64,000 nucleotides of DNA from an uncultured Gemmatimonadota bacterium (lineage in GTDB: Bacteria > SM23-81 > DAOVCL01). The position numbers and the translations under genes are program-made. Below are positions 31,207 through 40,942 of the stretch, piece by piece; the stretch's first letter is position 1; each line of letters opens with the position of its first letter. The notes under the pieces are model-generated. The model was not told the DNA's origin. It was given only the letters and a program-made list of their open reading frames with translations, and did no database searches. The stretch lies in assembly GCA_964626665.1 (NCBI GenBank), contig CAZVGK010000004.1:1-64000 (forward strand), written 5' to 3'.

Positions 31207-31489
31207 TGCCTCTAATCAGGATTATTCATAAATTCTAGCCACGAAGACACTAAGAATATAAAAAATAAGAGCAGTTCGGTTTGTAAACTGAGTCGTTCTA
31301 TATTAGTCTGTGAACTTTTATTCTAATCTAAATTTTATCAACCCATTGGGGGTTGGCGTCTTTGTGGCATATGCATTATTCAGGCTAGCAGGGAAAAGTA
31401 GGAAACAGCATAAACCTCATTCTTAATTCTTAATTGCTTTTTTCCGTGAGATTCCGTGGTGAACTGTTACAGGGAATTGGAGAGGATAT

Positions 31490-32293
31490 ATGAACAAAGA
31501 GTTGCTAATCAACCCTGAGCTAACGGCAAGGTTACTGAAGGACTTCATTGCCGATGAGGTGAAGAAGGCGGGCTTCCAGAGGGTGGTAATCGGCCTCTCC
31601 GGAGGGCTTGACTCAACCACCACAGCCTACCTGGCAGCTAACTCCCTGGGCCCTGAGGAAGTGTGCGGGTTAATTATGCCCTACAAAACCAGTGACCCCC
31701 GGAGCGAGGAGGATGCCCTTCTGGTAGCCGAAAAGCTGGGGATCAACCACCTGCGGATAGATATTACCCCTATGGTTGAACCGCTTTTCCAGACCTTTTC
31801 TCAGATGGATAGGGTGAGGAAGGGAAATGTAATGGCCAGGGAGAGAATGATCATCCTCTATGACCAGTCAAGGGAGAGGGAGGCACTTGTTTTAGGAGCA
31901 GGTAACAAGACCGAATATCTTCTCGGCTATACCACCCTGTGGGGGGATATGGCCTGTGCCTTAGCCCCTTTAGGTGACCTCTATAAGACCCAGGTTTATC
32001 AACTGGCCGCATTCTTAGGGGTTCCAGAGAGGATCTTGCAGAAGAAGCCCTCCGCCGACCTCTGGGCCAGCCAGACCGATGAGGAAGAATTGGGTTTTAC
32101 CTATGAAGAGGTAGATACCCTTCTCTACTTTATGGTGGATAAAAGTTACACATTTTCCAAGTTGAAGGAACTGGGATATAAGAGGGAATTCGTGAGGGAT
32201 GTATTCCTAAGAATCCAATCATCTCAATACAAGAGGAGACTCCCTTTAGTTGTTAAGCTCTCAGAGAGGACAATCAATCGGGGCTTTAGATAA
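31490..32293 (+). CDS. nadE: NH3-dependent NAD+ synthetase
   Basis: GLSGGLDS, GNVMARERM, GNKTE, GYTTLWGD, DLYKTQV, PSADLW..QTDE. Confidence 0.93.
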   Translation: MNKELLINPELTARLLKDFIADEVKKAGFQRVVIGLSGGLDSTTTAYLAANSLGPEEVCGLIMPYKTSDPRSEEDALLVAEKLGINHLRIDITPMVEPLFQTFSQMDRVRKGNVMARERMIILYDQSREREALVLGAGNKTEYLLGYTTLWGDMACALAPLGDLYKTQVYQLAAFLGVPERILQKKPSADLWASQTDEEELGFTYEEVDTLLYFMVDKSYTFSKLKELGYKREFVRDVFLRIQSSQYKRRLPLVVKLSERTINRGFR

Positions 32294-32990
32294 CCCAGGG
32301 ACTGGAACGGGTAGGCTCTATCTGGTAGCTACTCCCATAGGCAATTTGGAGGATATAACCCTGCGGGCCCTACGCATCTTGAAAGAGGTTGATTTCATCG
32401 CCTGTGAGGATACTCGGAGGACAAGGAAACTCCTTGCCCATTACGGAATAGGGAAAAGACTGGTCAGCTACTATGATTACAACAAGGAGAAAAAAGCCCC
32501 TTGGTTGGTGAAGAACCTATTGGAGGGAAAGTCTATTGCCTTGGTCTCCGATGCTGGCACTCCGGGGATCTCTGATCCAGCCTTCTACTTGGTGAGGCTG
32601 GCCATCAGGGAGGGTGTAGAAATAACCCCTATCCCTGGGCCAAATGCCGCCCTCTCGGCCCTTATCTCCTCTGGTCTTCCCACTGACAGGTTTGTCTTTG
32701 AAGGCTTTCTTCCCTCCAAACCAGGCCCGCGGAGGAGAAGGCTGCAGGATCTGGAGAGTGAGAGGAGGACCTTGATCTTCTATGAATCCCCTCACAGACT
32801 TTTGGCCACCTTGCAGGATATGGCAACTATCTTCGGGGAGAGAAGGGTTGCTTTAGCCAAGGAACTGACTAAAAGGTTCGAGAGGATAATAAGGGGAACC
32901 ATCGATCAGCTAATTCAGCAATTGTCCGAGGGGAAAGTTAAGGGGGAGTGGGTAATATTGGTAGAGGGGAAGAGAGATAAAAAGAGCTAG
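32250..32990 (+). CDS. rsmI: 16S rRNA (cytidine1402-2'-O)-methyltransferase; start uncertain
   Basis: LYLVATPIGNLEDIT, CEDTR, SDAGTPGISDP, FEGFLP, YESPHR, ELTK. Confidence 0.93.
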   Translation: MLSSQRGQSIGALDNPGTGTGRLYLVATPIGNLEDITLRALRILKEVDFIACEDTRRTRKLLAHYGIGKRLVSYYDYNKEKKAPWLVKNLLEGKSIALVSDAGTPGISDPAFYLVRLAIREGVEITPIPGPNAALSALISSGLPTDRFVFEGFLPSKPGPRRRRLQDLESERRTLIFYESPHRLLATLQDMATIFGERRVALAKELTKRFERIIRGTIDQLIQQLSEGKVKGEWVILVEGKRDKKS

Positions 32991-33390
32991 CTGTGCAGGT
33001 GGGGTCCCTGTGCTGGTAGGACCTTAACCCAATCTATCCATAAATCCGCAGGTAACACTTCAGATCATCTGGAGGGGTTCTTACGGTAGGGACAGATCTT
33101 TAGAACTGTCCGAGGAATGAATGAACTTAGCACCCTACGGACAAGCTATGAGGGATGCAGATAAGCAGGATTTCTAAACACTTTCCTCTCCCTTGATGGA
33201 GGAGGACTAAGGAGAGGGAACTAATATAACGGTAGTGGTGCCTTCGTAGGTGGCAACAGAGAGCAGACTAAAGTCTGCGGCAGCGGGAATTTTGGCCAGC
33301 AACCCCAAGTGGTCTTGTAACTCTTTGATAACCAATGAGTAAAAGAAGGAAATTCCTATACCTTCAAGCTAAGTTCTTCTGGGAGGAAAG

Positions 33391-33924
33391 ATGAAGGTCA
33401 GAGTAGGAAATGCCGAAGTAGAAATCTATCAGGGAAACATAACAGACCTCGCTGTCAATGCCTTGGTCAATGCGGCCAACAATCGACTCTGGATGGGCGG
33501 AGGGGTGGCCGGGGCCATAAAGGCCAAAGGAGGAAAAGCCATCGAGGAAGAGGCGGTAAAGAAGGGACCCCTACCGGTGGGGGAGGCCGTGGTTACGGGG
33601 GCGGGAAGTCTTCCCGCCAAGTATATCATCCATGCTGCAGTTATGGGGCAGGATCTGAGAACAGATAAGGAGAAGGTAAAAACCTCCACTCTCAACAGTC
33701 TAAAGAGGGCCGAGGAGTTGAAGCTAACCTCCCTTGCCTTCCCTGCCTTGGGAACTGGGGTGGGCAGGTTCTCCCTCTACGAATGTGCCCAGATTATGAT
33801 TGATGTGGTGGTGGATTTCCTGCAAAATACGAAGGTCATTGAGAAAGTTGTGTTTGCCCTCTACAGTCAAGCCCCCTATGAAATCTTCCACAAATACCTG
33901 ATGGAGAAGTTTTCCTCCAAATAG
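33391..33924 (+). CDS. Macro domain protein (ADP-ribose binding/hydrolase)
   Basis: GNIT, VNAAN..LWMGGGVAGAI, IIHA, AFPALGTGVG. Confidence 0.92.
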   Translation: MKVRVGNAEVEIYQGNITDLAVNALVNAANNRLWMGGGVAGAIKAKGGKAIEEEAVKKGPLPVGEAVVTGAGSLPAKYIIHAAVMGQDLRTDKEKVKTSTLNSLKRAEELKLTSLAFPALGTGVGRFSLYECAQIMIDVVVDFLQNTKVIEKVVFALYSQAPYEIFHKYLMEKFSSK

Positions 33925-34064
33925 GGAGAAAATCTGCTTGACAGAAGTGAATTTAATCCTTAACTTCTTATGGCAGTTGACTACAGGATTTCATGAAAGT
34001 CAAAAGCTGCCTCGGCTCCTTCCCGATCTCCGAAAACTGATCTCTGATAGCTATTGTAACTGAC

Positions 34065-34135
34065 TCCCCGGTAGCTCAATGGTAGCCTGCCCGAGCCGAT
34101 TCCTGCTCGGGCCAGCGGCCAGGGAGCGGGTGGCT
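34065..34135 (+). pseudogene. 5'-half copy of tRNA-Asn interrupted by a 39-bp hairpin insertion in the D-arm
   Basis: TCCCCGGTAGCTCAATGGTAG + insert 34086-34124 + AGCGGGTGGCT, identical to the first 32 nt of the tRNA at 34554. Confidence 0.8.
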
Positions 34136-34312
34136 ACTTATACATTTCGGAATTTCTAAGAAATTTCGAAACGTCGGGGAATGTTTTAAAGGGGGTATGC
34201 CTTCTTCAAGGGTGACAGCGGAGCAATCCGAGCGAGCGTAGGATTGCGGAGCGCCATAGGGTCGGTGAGACCCTCTGGAGAAGTTAGCGACCGAAGGGAG
34301 CTAAGTTCTGTT

Positions 34313-34597
34313 ATGTTTTATGTTTACATACTACAAAGTCTGAAGGATGGTCAATTCTACACAGGGCATACTGTAGACCTTAATCAAAGGCTAAAGATGC
34401 ATAATAGTGGACAAGTACATTCTACTCGGAACAGACGTCCATTTGAGCTAATATACAGTGAAAAATTCGCCTCGCGCAATGAAGCAATCAAAAGAGAAAA
34501 GTACCTTAAGAGTCTTAAAGGAGCCAAAGAGGTAAAATCTAAATTAAAGTCACTCCCCGGTAGCTCAATGGTAGAGCGGGTGGCTGTTAACCACTAG
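34313..34597 (+). CDS. GIY-YIG nuclease family protein (UPF0213-like)
   Basis: MFYVYILQS..FYTGHT..L.QRLKMHN, EAIKREKYLKS; the ORF reads into the tRNA. Confidence 0.85.
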   Translation: MFYVYILQSLKDGQFYTGHTVDLNQRLKMHNSGQVHSTRNRRPFELIYSEKFASRNEAIKREKYLKSLKGAKEVKSKLKSLPGSSMVERVAVNH

Positions 34598-34628
34598 GTT
34601 GGCGGTTCGAGCCCGTCCCGGGGAGCCA
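34554..34628 (+). tRNA. tRNA-Asn (GTT)
   Basis: Acceptor TCCCCGG/CCGGGGA, D-arm, anticodon stem GTGG..GTT..CCAC, GGTTCGA T-loop, encoded CCA. Confidence 0.97.
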
Positions 34629-34640
34629 ATGTTTCCTGAA

Positions 34641-34680
34641 GAGATAAGCCTGCTTGGGTAAATCATGCAGGCTTATCTCT
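34641..34680 (+). terminator. Hairpin downstream of tRNA-Asn
   Basis: GAGATAAGCCTGC...GCAGGCTTATCTC 13-bp stem. Confidence 0.55.
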
Positions 34681-34834
34681 ATTCTACCTATTCATTGGGA
34701 CTTAGTTCATACCCGCCTGTGAAAGGTCTTTTCCGACGGGATGAACAGGATTTACCTGATTTTTATTTATCCCGTTTATCCTATCTGAAAATGGAAATTC
34801 CTGTGCGTTCAAGTCCAAGATGAGGGGAATCCCC

Positions 34835-34999
34835 CTTAGCCATAGATGAGGTTTTCCGGAAGAAAAGGAGAACTTGGCCAGGTATCGAGCCGGAAAGAGA
34901 GGGCTCTTTGGCTACTTCGTAGGCCAAGTGATGAAAAAAACCGGCGGAAAAGCCAACCCCCAGTTGGTAAACAGGATTCTGAAGGAAAGGTTGAGCTAA
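34835..34999 (+). pseudogene. Relic GatB/YqeY C-terminal domain
   Basis: Reads [43 protein letters not shown], frameshifted upstream, no intact start. Confidence 0.7.
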
Positions 35000-35577
35000 C
35001 CAGTCTCCAAATTCCCTCTCAGTTCCCTACTCAGAATACGATGACCTCTTAGGATAAAACCATCTCCCGAGTGAAGCCCGGCCATAGGCCAAAAGGGAAC
35101 TCATCTCCTTTGGAAACCCCAGAATAGGGGACGCTGCCCTCTTATAACCTCCGAAGCGGATGGCATTCATCCCCCGCTCACAAGCCAGGGTATTCTATCA
35201 TATCTTTTATAAATCTGCCTCCTTTTGGAGGAAATGTATCAAACTTTTAAGCCATAAGCAAATATGAAAGTAGGTTCCATCCTCAGGTTGTATAATTTTT
35301 GTGTTGATGTAAAACCTCGGTAGTAGTAGGCACAGATTTTCACTGTCAAGTTTGGGACAAGCTCCATAAGTAAGAACTTGTCGGTTTGAGGCGAAGCTTC
35401 GCTAGACTCTATGGGTTTTAAGATAATGTTTTTGGGTCAACTACCTTAGGGAAAGCCCATTTAACAAAAGCGTTTGCCGTTGCTAACCCCAAAATCTTTT
35501 TCTTAAACTGTATAAAACAGGAGAATCCTAACCTAAAATTTTTAAAAATGTCTAAATTTGGTGTGAAACAATAAGCT

Positions 35578-37107
35578 ATGCACAAACTCAATATCAGCAT
35601 CATCGACCTTGTCGTTAAAGCTCCGACTCGAAAATTATACGCGCACGTCATGAATGCTAATTTCGCGAGTATCATGCCCCAAGTTATAGCTACGTGGTGC
35701 GAAGAAGAAGGACATAACGTTACACTGGTGTGCTACACTGGCTTTGAAAATCTTGTTGAGGAGTTACCGGACGACGCTGATCTTGTTTTCATAGGATCCT
35801 TTACTCAGTCTGCACAATTGGCATACGCGCTAAGCAACCTGTTACGATCGAAAGGCGCCGTCACCGCTCTTGGCGGACCCCACGCGCGCTGCTATCCGCA
35901 AGATGCACTGCAGTACTTCGACTACGTCCTGGGCTTCACCGACAGGGCGGTGATCCGTGAAGTCTTACACGATTGTTCACAGCATAGACCAATTGGTTTG
36001 CACATCACAGCGAAACAGCAACCCGCATCGCTTCCTGGAGTACGCGAGCGCTGGAAATTCATTGAGAAAAATCTCCGGAAGTCTTCATTTATTAAGATTG
36101 TTCCGATGCTCAGCAGTTTAGGTTGCCCGTACACCTGCAGCTTTTGTATCGACTCGGTCATACCATATCAGGCCCTGGACTTCAATGTAATCAAAGAGGA
36201 TCTCAGGTTCCTTTTACGAAAGATGCGGCGGCCGCGTGTAGGCTGGCACGACCCAAACTTTGGTGTCAGATTTAACGACTGCATGGACGCCTTTGAGGAG
36301 GCTGTGCCTCCCGGCAGTATTGACTTTATCGCCGAGACTAGTCTGTCCATCCTATCGGAACCGCACCTGGAGCGACTCAAACGAAACGGATTCATTGGCA
36401 TCCTCCCCGGTATTGAGTCCTGGTACGGCCTGGGCAAGAAATCGAAAACAGGTGAGTTGAAGGGAATGGACAAAGTCCGTCACGTTTCAGAACATGTCAA
36501 TATGATCCTAAGGTACCTGCCTTACGTACATACCAACTTCATCCTCGGACTCGATGTAGACGAAGGACCAGAGCCATTTGAGCTCACGAAACGATTTGTT
36601 GACCTAACGCCAGGTACCTTTCTTGCTTTTTCGCTGCTTTCGGCATTTGGACGGGCCGCGCCGCTCAACCTCGAATACCAACGCGCCAATCGTATTCTAC
36701 CATTCCCGTTCCACTTTTTGGACAATAATCACGCCATGAACGTAAAACCGCTGCACTATTCCTGGCCTGATTTCTATGATCACCTGATCGATTTGACCAA
36801 GTACACATTTTCATGGCACGCGATTATCAACCGCTTCAAAGCGAACAAGGGCATGATCCCACGATGGATGAACATGCTGCGGGCGGTATCGTCAGAAGGC
36901 TTTGGTAGGATCAAATACTATACTGAAGTGCGTCGACGCCTGGACACCGACCGGCAGGTCCGCCGATATTTCGAACAGGAGACGACCGAGCTACCGCAGT
37001 TCTATATTGACCAGGTACGAAAGGACCTGGGGCCACTGGGGGAGTGGCTTCCGAAAGGGGCGCTGTATCACGACCCAAACGCCTATCTCAAGTCAGAGAA
37101 AGAGTAG
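35578..37107 (+). CDS. B12-binding-domain radical SAM protein
   Basis: LGGPHA in the N-terminal domain, GCPYTCSFC (CxxxCxxC), PGIES, FILGLD. Confidence 0.85.
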   Translation: MHKLNISIIDLVVKAPTRKLYAHVMNANFASIMPQVIATWCEEEGHNVTLVCYTGFENLVEELPDDADLVFIGSFTQSAQLAYALSNLLRSKGAVTALGGPHARCYPQDALQYFDYVLGFTDRAVIREVLHDCSQHRPIGLHITAKQQPASLPGVRERWKFIEKNLRKSSFIKIVPMLSSLGCPYTCSFCIDSVIPYQALDFNVIKEDLRFLLRKMRRPRVGWHDPNFGVRFNDCMDAFEEAVPPGSIDFIAETSLSILSEPHLERLKRNGFIGILPGIESWYGLGKKSKTGELKGMDKVRHVSEHVNMILRYLPYVHTNFILGLDVDEGPEPFELTKRFVDLTPGTFLAFSLLSAFGRAAPLNLEYQRANRILPFPFHFLDNNHAMNVKPLHYSWPDFYDHLIDLTKYTFSWHAIINRFKANKGMIPRWMNMLRAVSSEGFGRIKYYTEVRRRLDTDRQVRRYFEQETTELPQFYIDQVRKDLGPLGEWLPKGALYHDPNAYLKSEKE

Positions 37108-37186
37108 TCGCTAACGATAGTGAGCGTCAGAGCTGCGACGTACTTGTGGCGAGAGGAACGGGGACAATGAGAAAAGGAGGTACGCA

Positions 37187-37312
37187 ATGGGAGACAAAGG
37201 CAAGAAGGATAAGGAAAAGAGTCAAAAACAGAAAGCAGCAAAACAGCAACAGAAGGCAAAAAGGAAATTGGACAAGCAACAGAAAAGACCCCCGGAACAG
37301 AAAACATGGTGA
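37187..37312 (+). CDS. 41-aa Lys/Gln-rich small protein
   Basis: MGDKGKKDKEKSQKQKAAKQQQKAKRK...; strong AGGAGGT RBS; below the ORF-track size cutoff. Confidence 0.5.
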   Translation: MGDKGKKDKEKSQKQKAAKQQQKAKRKLDKQQKRPPEQKTW

Positions 37313-37626
37313 GATGTCCGCCTCACTCGTCGGGTCCCTTGATAGACCGGTAGTGGGGGATGATTCCACCTCATTGGCTTTTCGGCAAGACTGAGTTCAA
37401 ACACGTAAAGACCACAATTCGTGACGAAGTTCGATGCCTGACCACGGAACTTCAGAAAGCCAAAAGGCTAACCATGTCATGCAGTCGACGGCAAATGGCG
37501 CTCCTCATGGCTGTCCTTACGCATCGCATTTGCGGGTTATCGAAGTCAGCACGCCAACGTTTAAGCGATGGGATTCGGTAAAGAGGTCTCTGGTATCTTG
37601 GATGAGCCGTTGTAGGACAGCGGGGA

Positions 37627-37794
37627 GCTACTTTGGTTGCTGGTAAAGAAGAAGCCGGATACAAGACCACCAGGTGGGATGCAGCTTCTCTCTCCAATGG
37701 GATCTACTTCTATCGGCTACAGGTCCGAAGGACTCCGGACTCCTTCGAGGCTGGGGATTTTGTGGAGACAAGGAAGATGGTGCTAATCAGATAG
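37627..37794 (+). pseudogene. Orphan T9SS type-A C-terminal sorting domain fragment
   Basis: ATLVAGKEEAGYKTTRWDAASLSNGIYFYRLQ...AGDFVETRKMVLIR* with no upstream body. Confidence 0.7.
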
Positions 37795-38247
37795 AGATAG
37801 AGATGAGAGGCCGCCCAGCCCTTACAAAGGGAGGAGAGAATGAGTTCCTCCTTTTTTTGTTGGCTCCTCCGGATGGAGAGGACTTAAGGCCAGCTTAGCC
37901 CTCAAAGTCCCTTGACGGAGGGCTCCTGAGTGGCTATATTGAGAAATAGGAAGGTTTGAATTGTGGTAAAACCTGTTCAAAATAGGGTAGGTCTTGCTTG
38001 GCAGTTTTAGTAGGTTAGACCAGGGGCTTCGGAGGTGAGGGCGTATTGCCCAGAAGAACCTCCTGAAAAGCCTCCGAGGCTCTCTGGTTAAGGAAAAGAT
38101 GAGAAAGCTTATCGCCCAAAAGATAAAGCTTTCGACCGATATTTCCGATAATCAATATAAGCCACTTTGCCCAATACATTTTTGGACTTGACAGCCAAGT
38201 CTTGCATTGATATATTGGTTTACAGGAAATCAAATAAGGAGTTCGAA

Positions 38248-38496
38248 ATGGCTCTTGATAAAGACATAAAGCAAGAGTATGATTTTTACCTGAGTCAACC
38301 CGAAGAGTGGAAAAAGGAGAACTACGGTAAAACTGTTTTAATCAAAGATCAAAAAATCCACGGGATATATGCCAGTCATGAAGACGCCTTTCAAGAAGGC
38401 ATTAAGAAATTTGGAGACTCAAAATTCCTTATCCACGAAATCGGCAGTGAAGATGTTCTAAATTATAATACCTTCTCTCTTATAGGGGCGACCTAA
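38248..38496 (+). CDS. DUF5678-like small protein
   Basis: YGKTVLIKDQKIHGIY...DAFQEG pattern; ATG after AAGGAG; TAATG overlap with the protease. Confidence 0.6.
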   Translation: MALDKDIKQEYDFYLSQPEEWKKENYGKTVLIKDQKIHGIYASHEDAFQEGIKKFGDSKFLIHEIGSEDVLNYNTFSLIGAT

Positions 38497-38939
38497 TGCC
38501 CTCATTTCTAACCAAAAACCCCGCCTTAATCTCGAAAGGCCCAATTATTCCTATAAAGATAGGGTTGCCCAAAATGCTCAGAACTTTTCTTACAGAAAAA
38601 AAGCAGCCAATCCCGAGTCCAATTCCAGTCAACGCTCTCATTGATACTGGGGCAAGTTTTACCGGCATTTCGCAGCGTGTTGCCAAAGACCTTAGCTTAA
38701 CTCCTCATGGTGTAACCAAAATGCTTACTGCTGGAGAACCTACCCTTTCTAATTTATATGAAGTCTATATAGATATCGGTTCTGCATTCAAAACTCATAT
38801 TATTCTTGATCCGCTCCGAGTCAGTGCAACCCCACTTATAGGACAAACCGATATAGATTGCCTGATTGGTAGAGATCTTCTGCGTCAAACAGTATTTATA
38901 TATATTGGCTATGCCGACACTTTTAGTCTTTCGTTATAA
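38496..38939 (+). CDS. Retropepsin-like aspartyl protease
   Basis: ALIDTGAS, CLIGRDLL. Confidence 0.8.
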   Translation: MPSFLTKNPALISKGPIIPIKIGLPKMLRTFLTEKKQPIPSPIPVNALIDTGASFTGISQRVAKDLSLTPHGVTKMLTAGEPTLSNLYEVYIDIGSAFKTHIILDPLRVSATPLIGQTDIDCLIGRDLLRQTVFIYIGYADTFSLSL

Positions 38940-39217
38940 TTGGCCATTTATGATTATTTCCTGATAGTATAAGAAGGCTTAAAAAAATCACTGGTGGGAC
39001 ATTGCTTTTTCGAATGGCGTTTGAATCTTCTGTTGTTGATCCGCCAGGGCAACGGGAGGTTTGAACGCCATTTGCCTTTAAATAAGGGAGTTATCACATT
39101 AAGAGATAGTTTTTCATCTCTGGCAAAAGTCAACAACCTTGACAAATCTTTTGACAAAAACGCAGCTCTCTATACCCTAAGTAGTTGGAACCAAAGTCGG
39201 TTAGATGTGACAAAACT

Positions 39218-39643
39218 ATGGACAAAAATCTGGTCAAAAAAATTAGAACTTTTAAATCTCATCAATTCGTATTTAGTCGGAAATTCTCAACCGAAAAAAT
39301 GGCCAGCTCTCTCGTTGAGGCAAGAATCCTTTACCGCACAGTCATTGATTTGCCTATATTACCCCAATTAGCCGCACAGATTGGGGAAGAAGCAATTATA
39401 AAATCGATTTTTGGTACTGCCGCAATTGAAGGGAATCCTCTAAAAGAAGAAGAAGTTGCCGAAATCCTTTCAAAATCAGGAGAGACAGAGAAACTTGAGC
39501 GCGCAGAAAAAGAAATAAGAAATCTCAATTCACCTATGATTTTATTGCTGGTTTGCAACGGACAGTATCACCTTTTTGCCAAAGTCGGGTATAAATGCGT
39601 AGGAGCAGGGCTAAAGCCTGTTCGAAAAAAGCTTGCCCACTGA
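39218..39643 (+). pseudogene. Truncated Fic-family protein (N-terminal part only)
   Basis: KSIFGTAAIEGNPL motif; no HPFxxGNGR; 3' end runs into a REP-like repeat. Confidence 0.6.
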
Positions 39644-39961
39644 GAAAAAAAACCTTGACAGAAAAGATATGATTCAGTATTTTTAAGCATACCCAGGAAA
39701 GGTTCCTAATGATAGAGGCTTTACCTCACAGAAAGGGGAACGTGGAGTGATTTGGAGGGCAAAAAGGAATAGCTCTCCAGCAGTTGTTTCAAAGCTGGAG
39801 TCCAATAGGAAGGAACAGCCGATCTGCTGGGGTACTATACCTGGAGGCAGGTCGGTTTTTGTTTGGGCTTTGCCCCGAAGGGGAAGGCAGAGTATCTGGT
39901 TTATTGAGTAAGCGAGATGCACTTAAAAAAGTGTGGCGAGAGGGAAAAATGGGAAGTGTCC

Positions 39962-40141
39962 CTAATTGCCATAGTTCGACTCTTTCTTGGCTTTTCTGGA
40001 AAAGGCAGTTGCAATCTCAACTAAATTGACACTTCTGACCTTCAAAAGTGCAATAAGAAAGTTGGCTAAGAAGCCTATTCTTGCAGCGTTCCATTTCAGA
40101 TGATCTTTGAAGGCTTTCTTTATGATTTCAATCTCAGTCAT
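39962..40141 (-). pseudogene. IS4-like transposase N-terminal fragment
   Basis: HLKWNAARIGFLANFLIALLKVRSVNLVEIATAFS.KAK.ESNY then truncation. Confidence 0.6.
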
Positions 40142-40231
40142 GGCGCTATCTCCTATTAAAGAAGTATTTCCCGACGTCATAACTGAGCATATTATTCACG
40201 AAATGTCAAACAATTTTTTAACTAACAACAA

Positions 40232-40486
40232 TTATCTCAAATGATTAATCCATTTCCGGGGGATTTTTGTCCTGCACAGAGAATGACCGTATAATAGGAT
40301 GCGAATATCACCTTCTGTTTCTGACTTGTACTTGTAACCAATTTCAGGCAAATCGCGTAACATTTGTGACTTTTCGTAGATTCCAGAGACAAGTTTAGCA
40401 GCAGCATTTGGATTATCCTGGGCGATGTAATCATAAATGTCTTTGAGCCATCTCTCGGCTTCAGCTGTCCACTCTATTTCTGCCAT
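40232..40486 (-). CDS. RelE/ParE family toxin, probably 3'-truncated
   Basis: IEWTAEAERWLKDIYDYIAQDNPNAA...L..PEIG...IRILLYGH then divergence. Confidence 0.75.
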   Translation of the reverse strand: MAEIEWTAEAERWLKDIYDYIAQDNPNAAAKLVSGIYEKSQMLRDLPEIGYKYKSETEGDIRILLYGHSLCRTKIPRKWINHLR

Positions 40487-40659
40487 GTGCGAATTCGATG
40501 CCCCATTTCTTCATTCGATATTGTCCGACCAGCACGAGAGTCTCTTAACCCACGCTCTAACACCCGTGCAAACGCTAACTCACGAAGAATTTCGTCATAC
40601 GTGCTATCTTCTGGCTGTTCTTGAATAATTTTAGTCATTTTCTCTTTTGCTATTGCCAT
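40474..40659 (-). CDS. Antitoxin paired with RelE/ParE
   Basis: QPEDSTYDEILREL...ERGLRDSRAGRTISNEE; overlaps toxin start; follows GTTAGGC cassette boundary. Confidence 0.7.
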   Translation of the reverse strand: MAIAKEKMTKIIQEQPEDSTYDEILRELAFARVLERGLRDSRAGRTISNEEMGHRIRTWQK

Positions 40660-40679
40660 GATACATCTCCTATCCAAAG

Positions 40680-40737
40680 GCCTAACGAGAAGCTCAGCCG
40701 CGTGCTTTAGCGCGTCTGCTGGAGCGCTTTGTTGGGC
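40680..40737 (-). other. attC site
   Basis: GCCCAAC...GCTCCAGCAGACGCGCTAAAGCACGCGGCTGAGC...GTTAGGC on the minus strand. Confidence 0.8.
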
Positions 40738-40942
40738 CAACCCATCTCTGTGCTACATCAATAAGGGAACGAAGGGCATCATTTACGGCCTCTTCAGTTG
40801 GAAACGCCTTCGCTACATCAGGGCTGAGCAGGACCAAATTGGTTCCAGCCCGGTAGGCATCTAAATACTTGCCTCGGACACCGCGGCCAAGGTCTTCACG
40901 CCGATACTCCGGGCGCAGTTCGTCAGATTTAGCCTTCTTCAT
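40694..40942 (-). CDS. Antitoxin downstream of BrnT (BrnA-like)
   Basis: DELRPEY...VRGKY...VLLSPDVAKAFPTEEAVNDALR. Confidence 0.75.
   Translation of the reverse strand: MKKAKSDELRPEYRREDLGRGVRGKYLDAYRAGTNLVLLSPDVAKAFPTEEAVNDALRSLIDVAQRWVGPTKRSSRRAKARG

Noticed and set aside
21753-32293. TAA-to-Tyr recoding suggested by two TAA codons at apparent Tyr positions (IS110, nadE tail)
   Set aside because: TAA terminates many intact genes here at expected positions (e.g. 20499, 24557, 56917, 60853); point mutation or error is simpler
34136-34553. Group I intron in tRNA-Asn with a homing endonuclease
   Set aside because: Only vague P/Q-like words; no convincing R/S (P7) motifs, and a complete tRNA rather than a 3' exon follows
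39655-39870. Promoter-like TTGACA plus hairpins as a riboswitch or T-box leader
   Set aside because: No known aptamer or T-box consensus and no downstream gene
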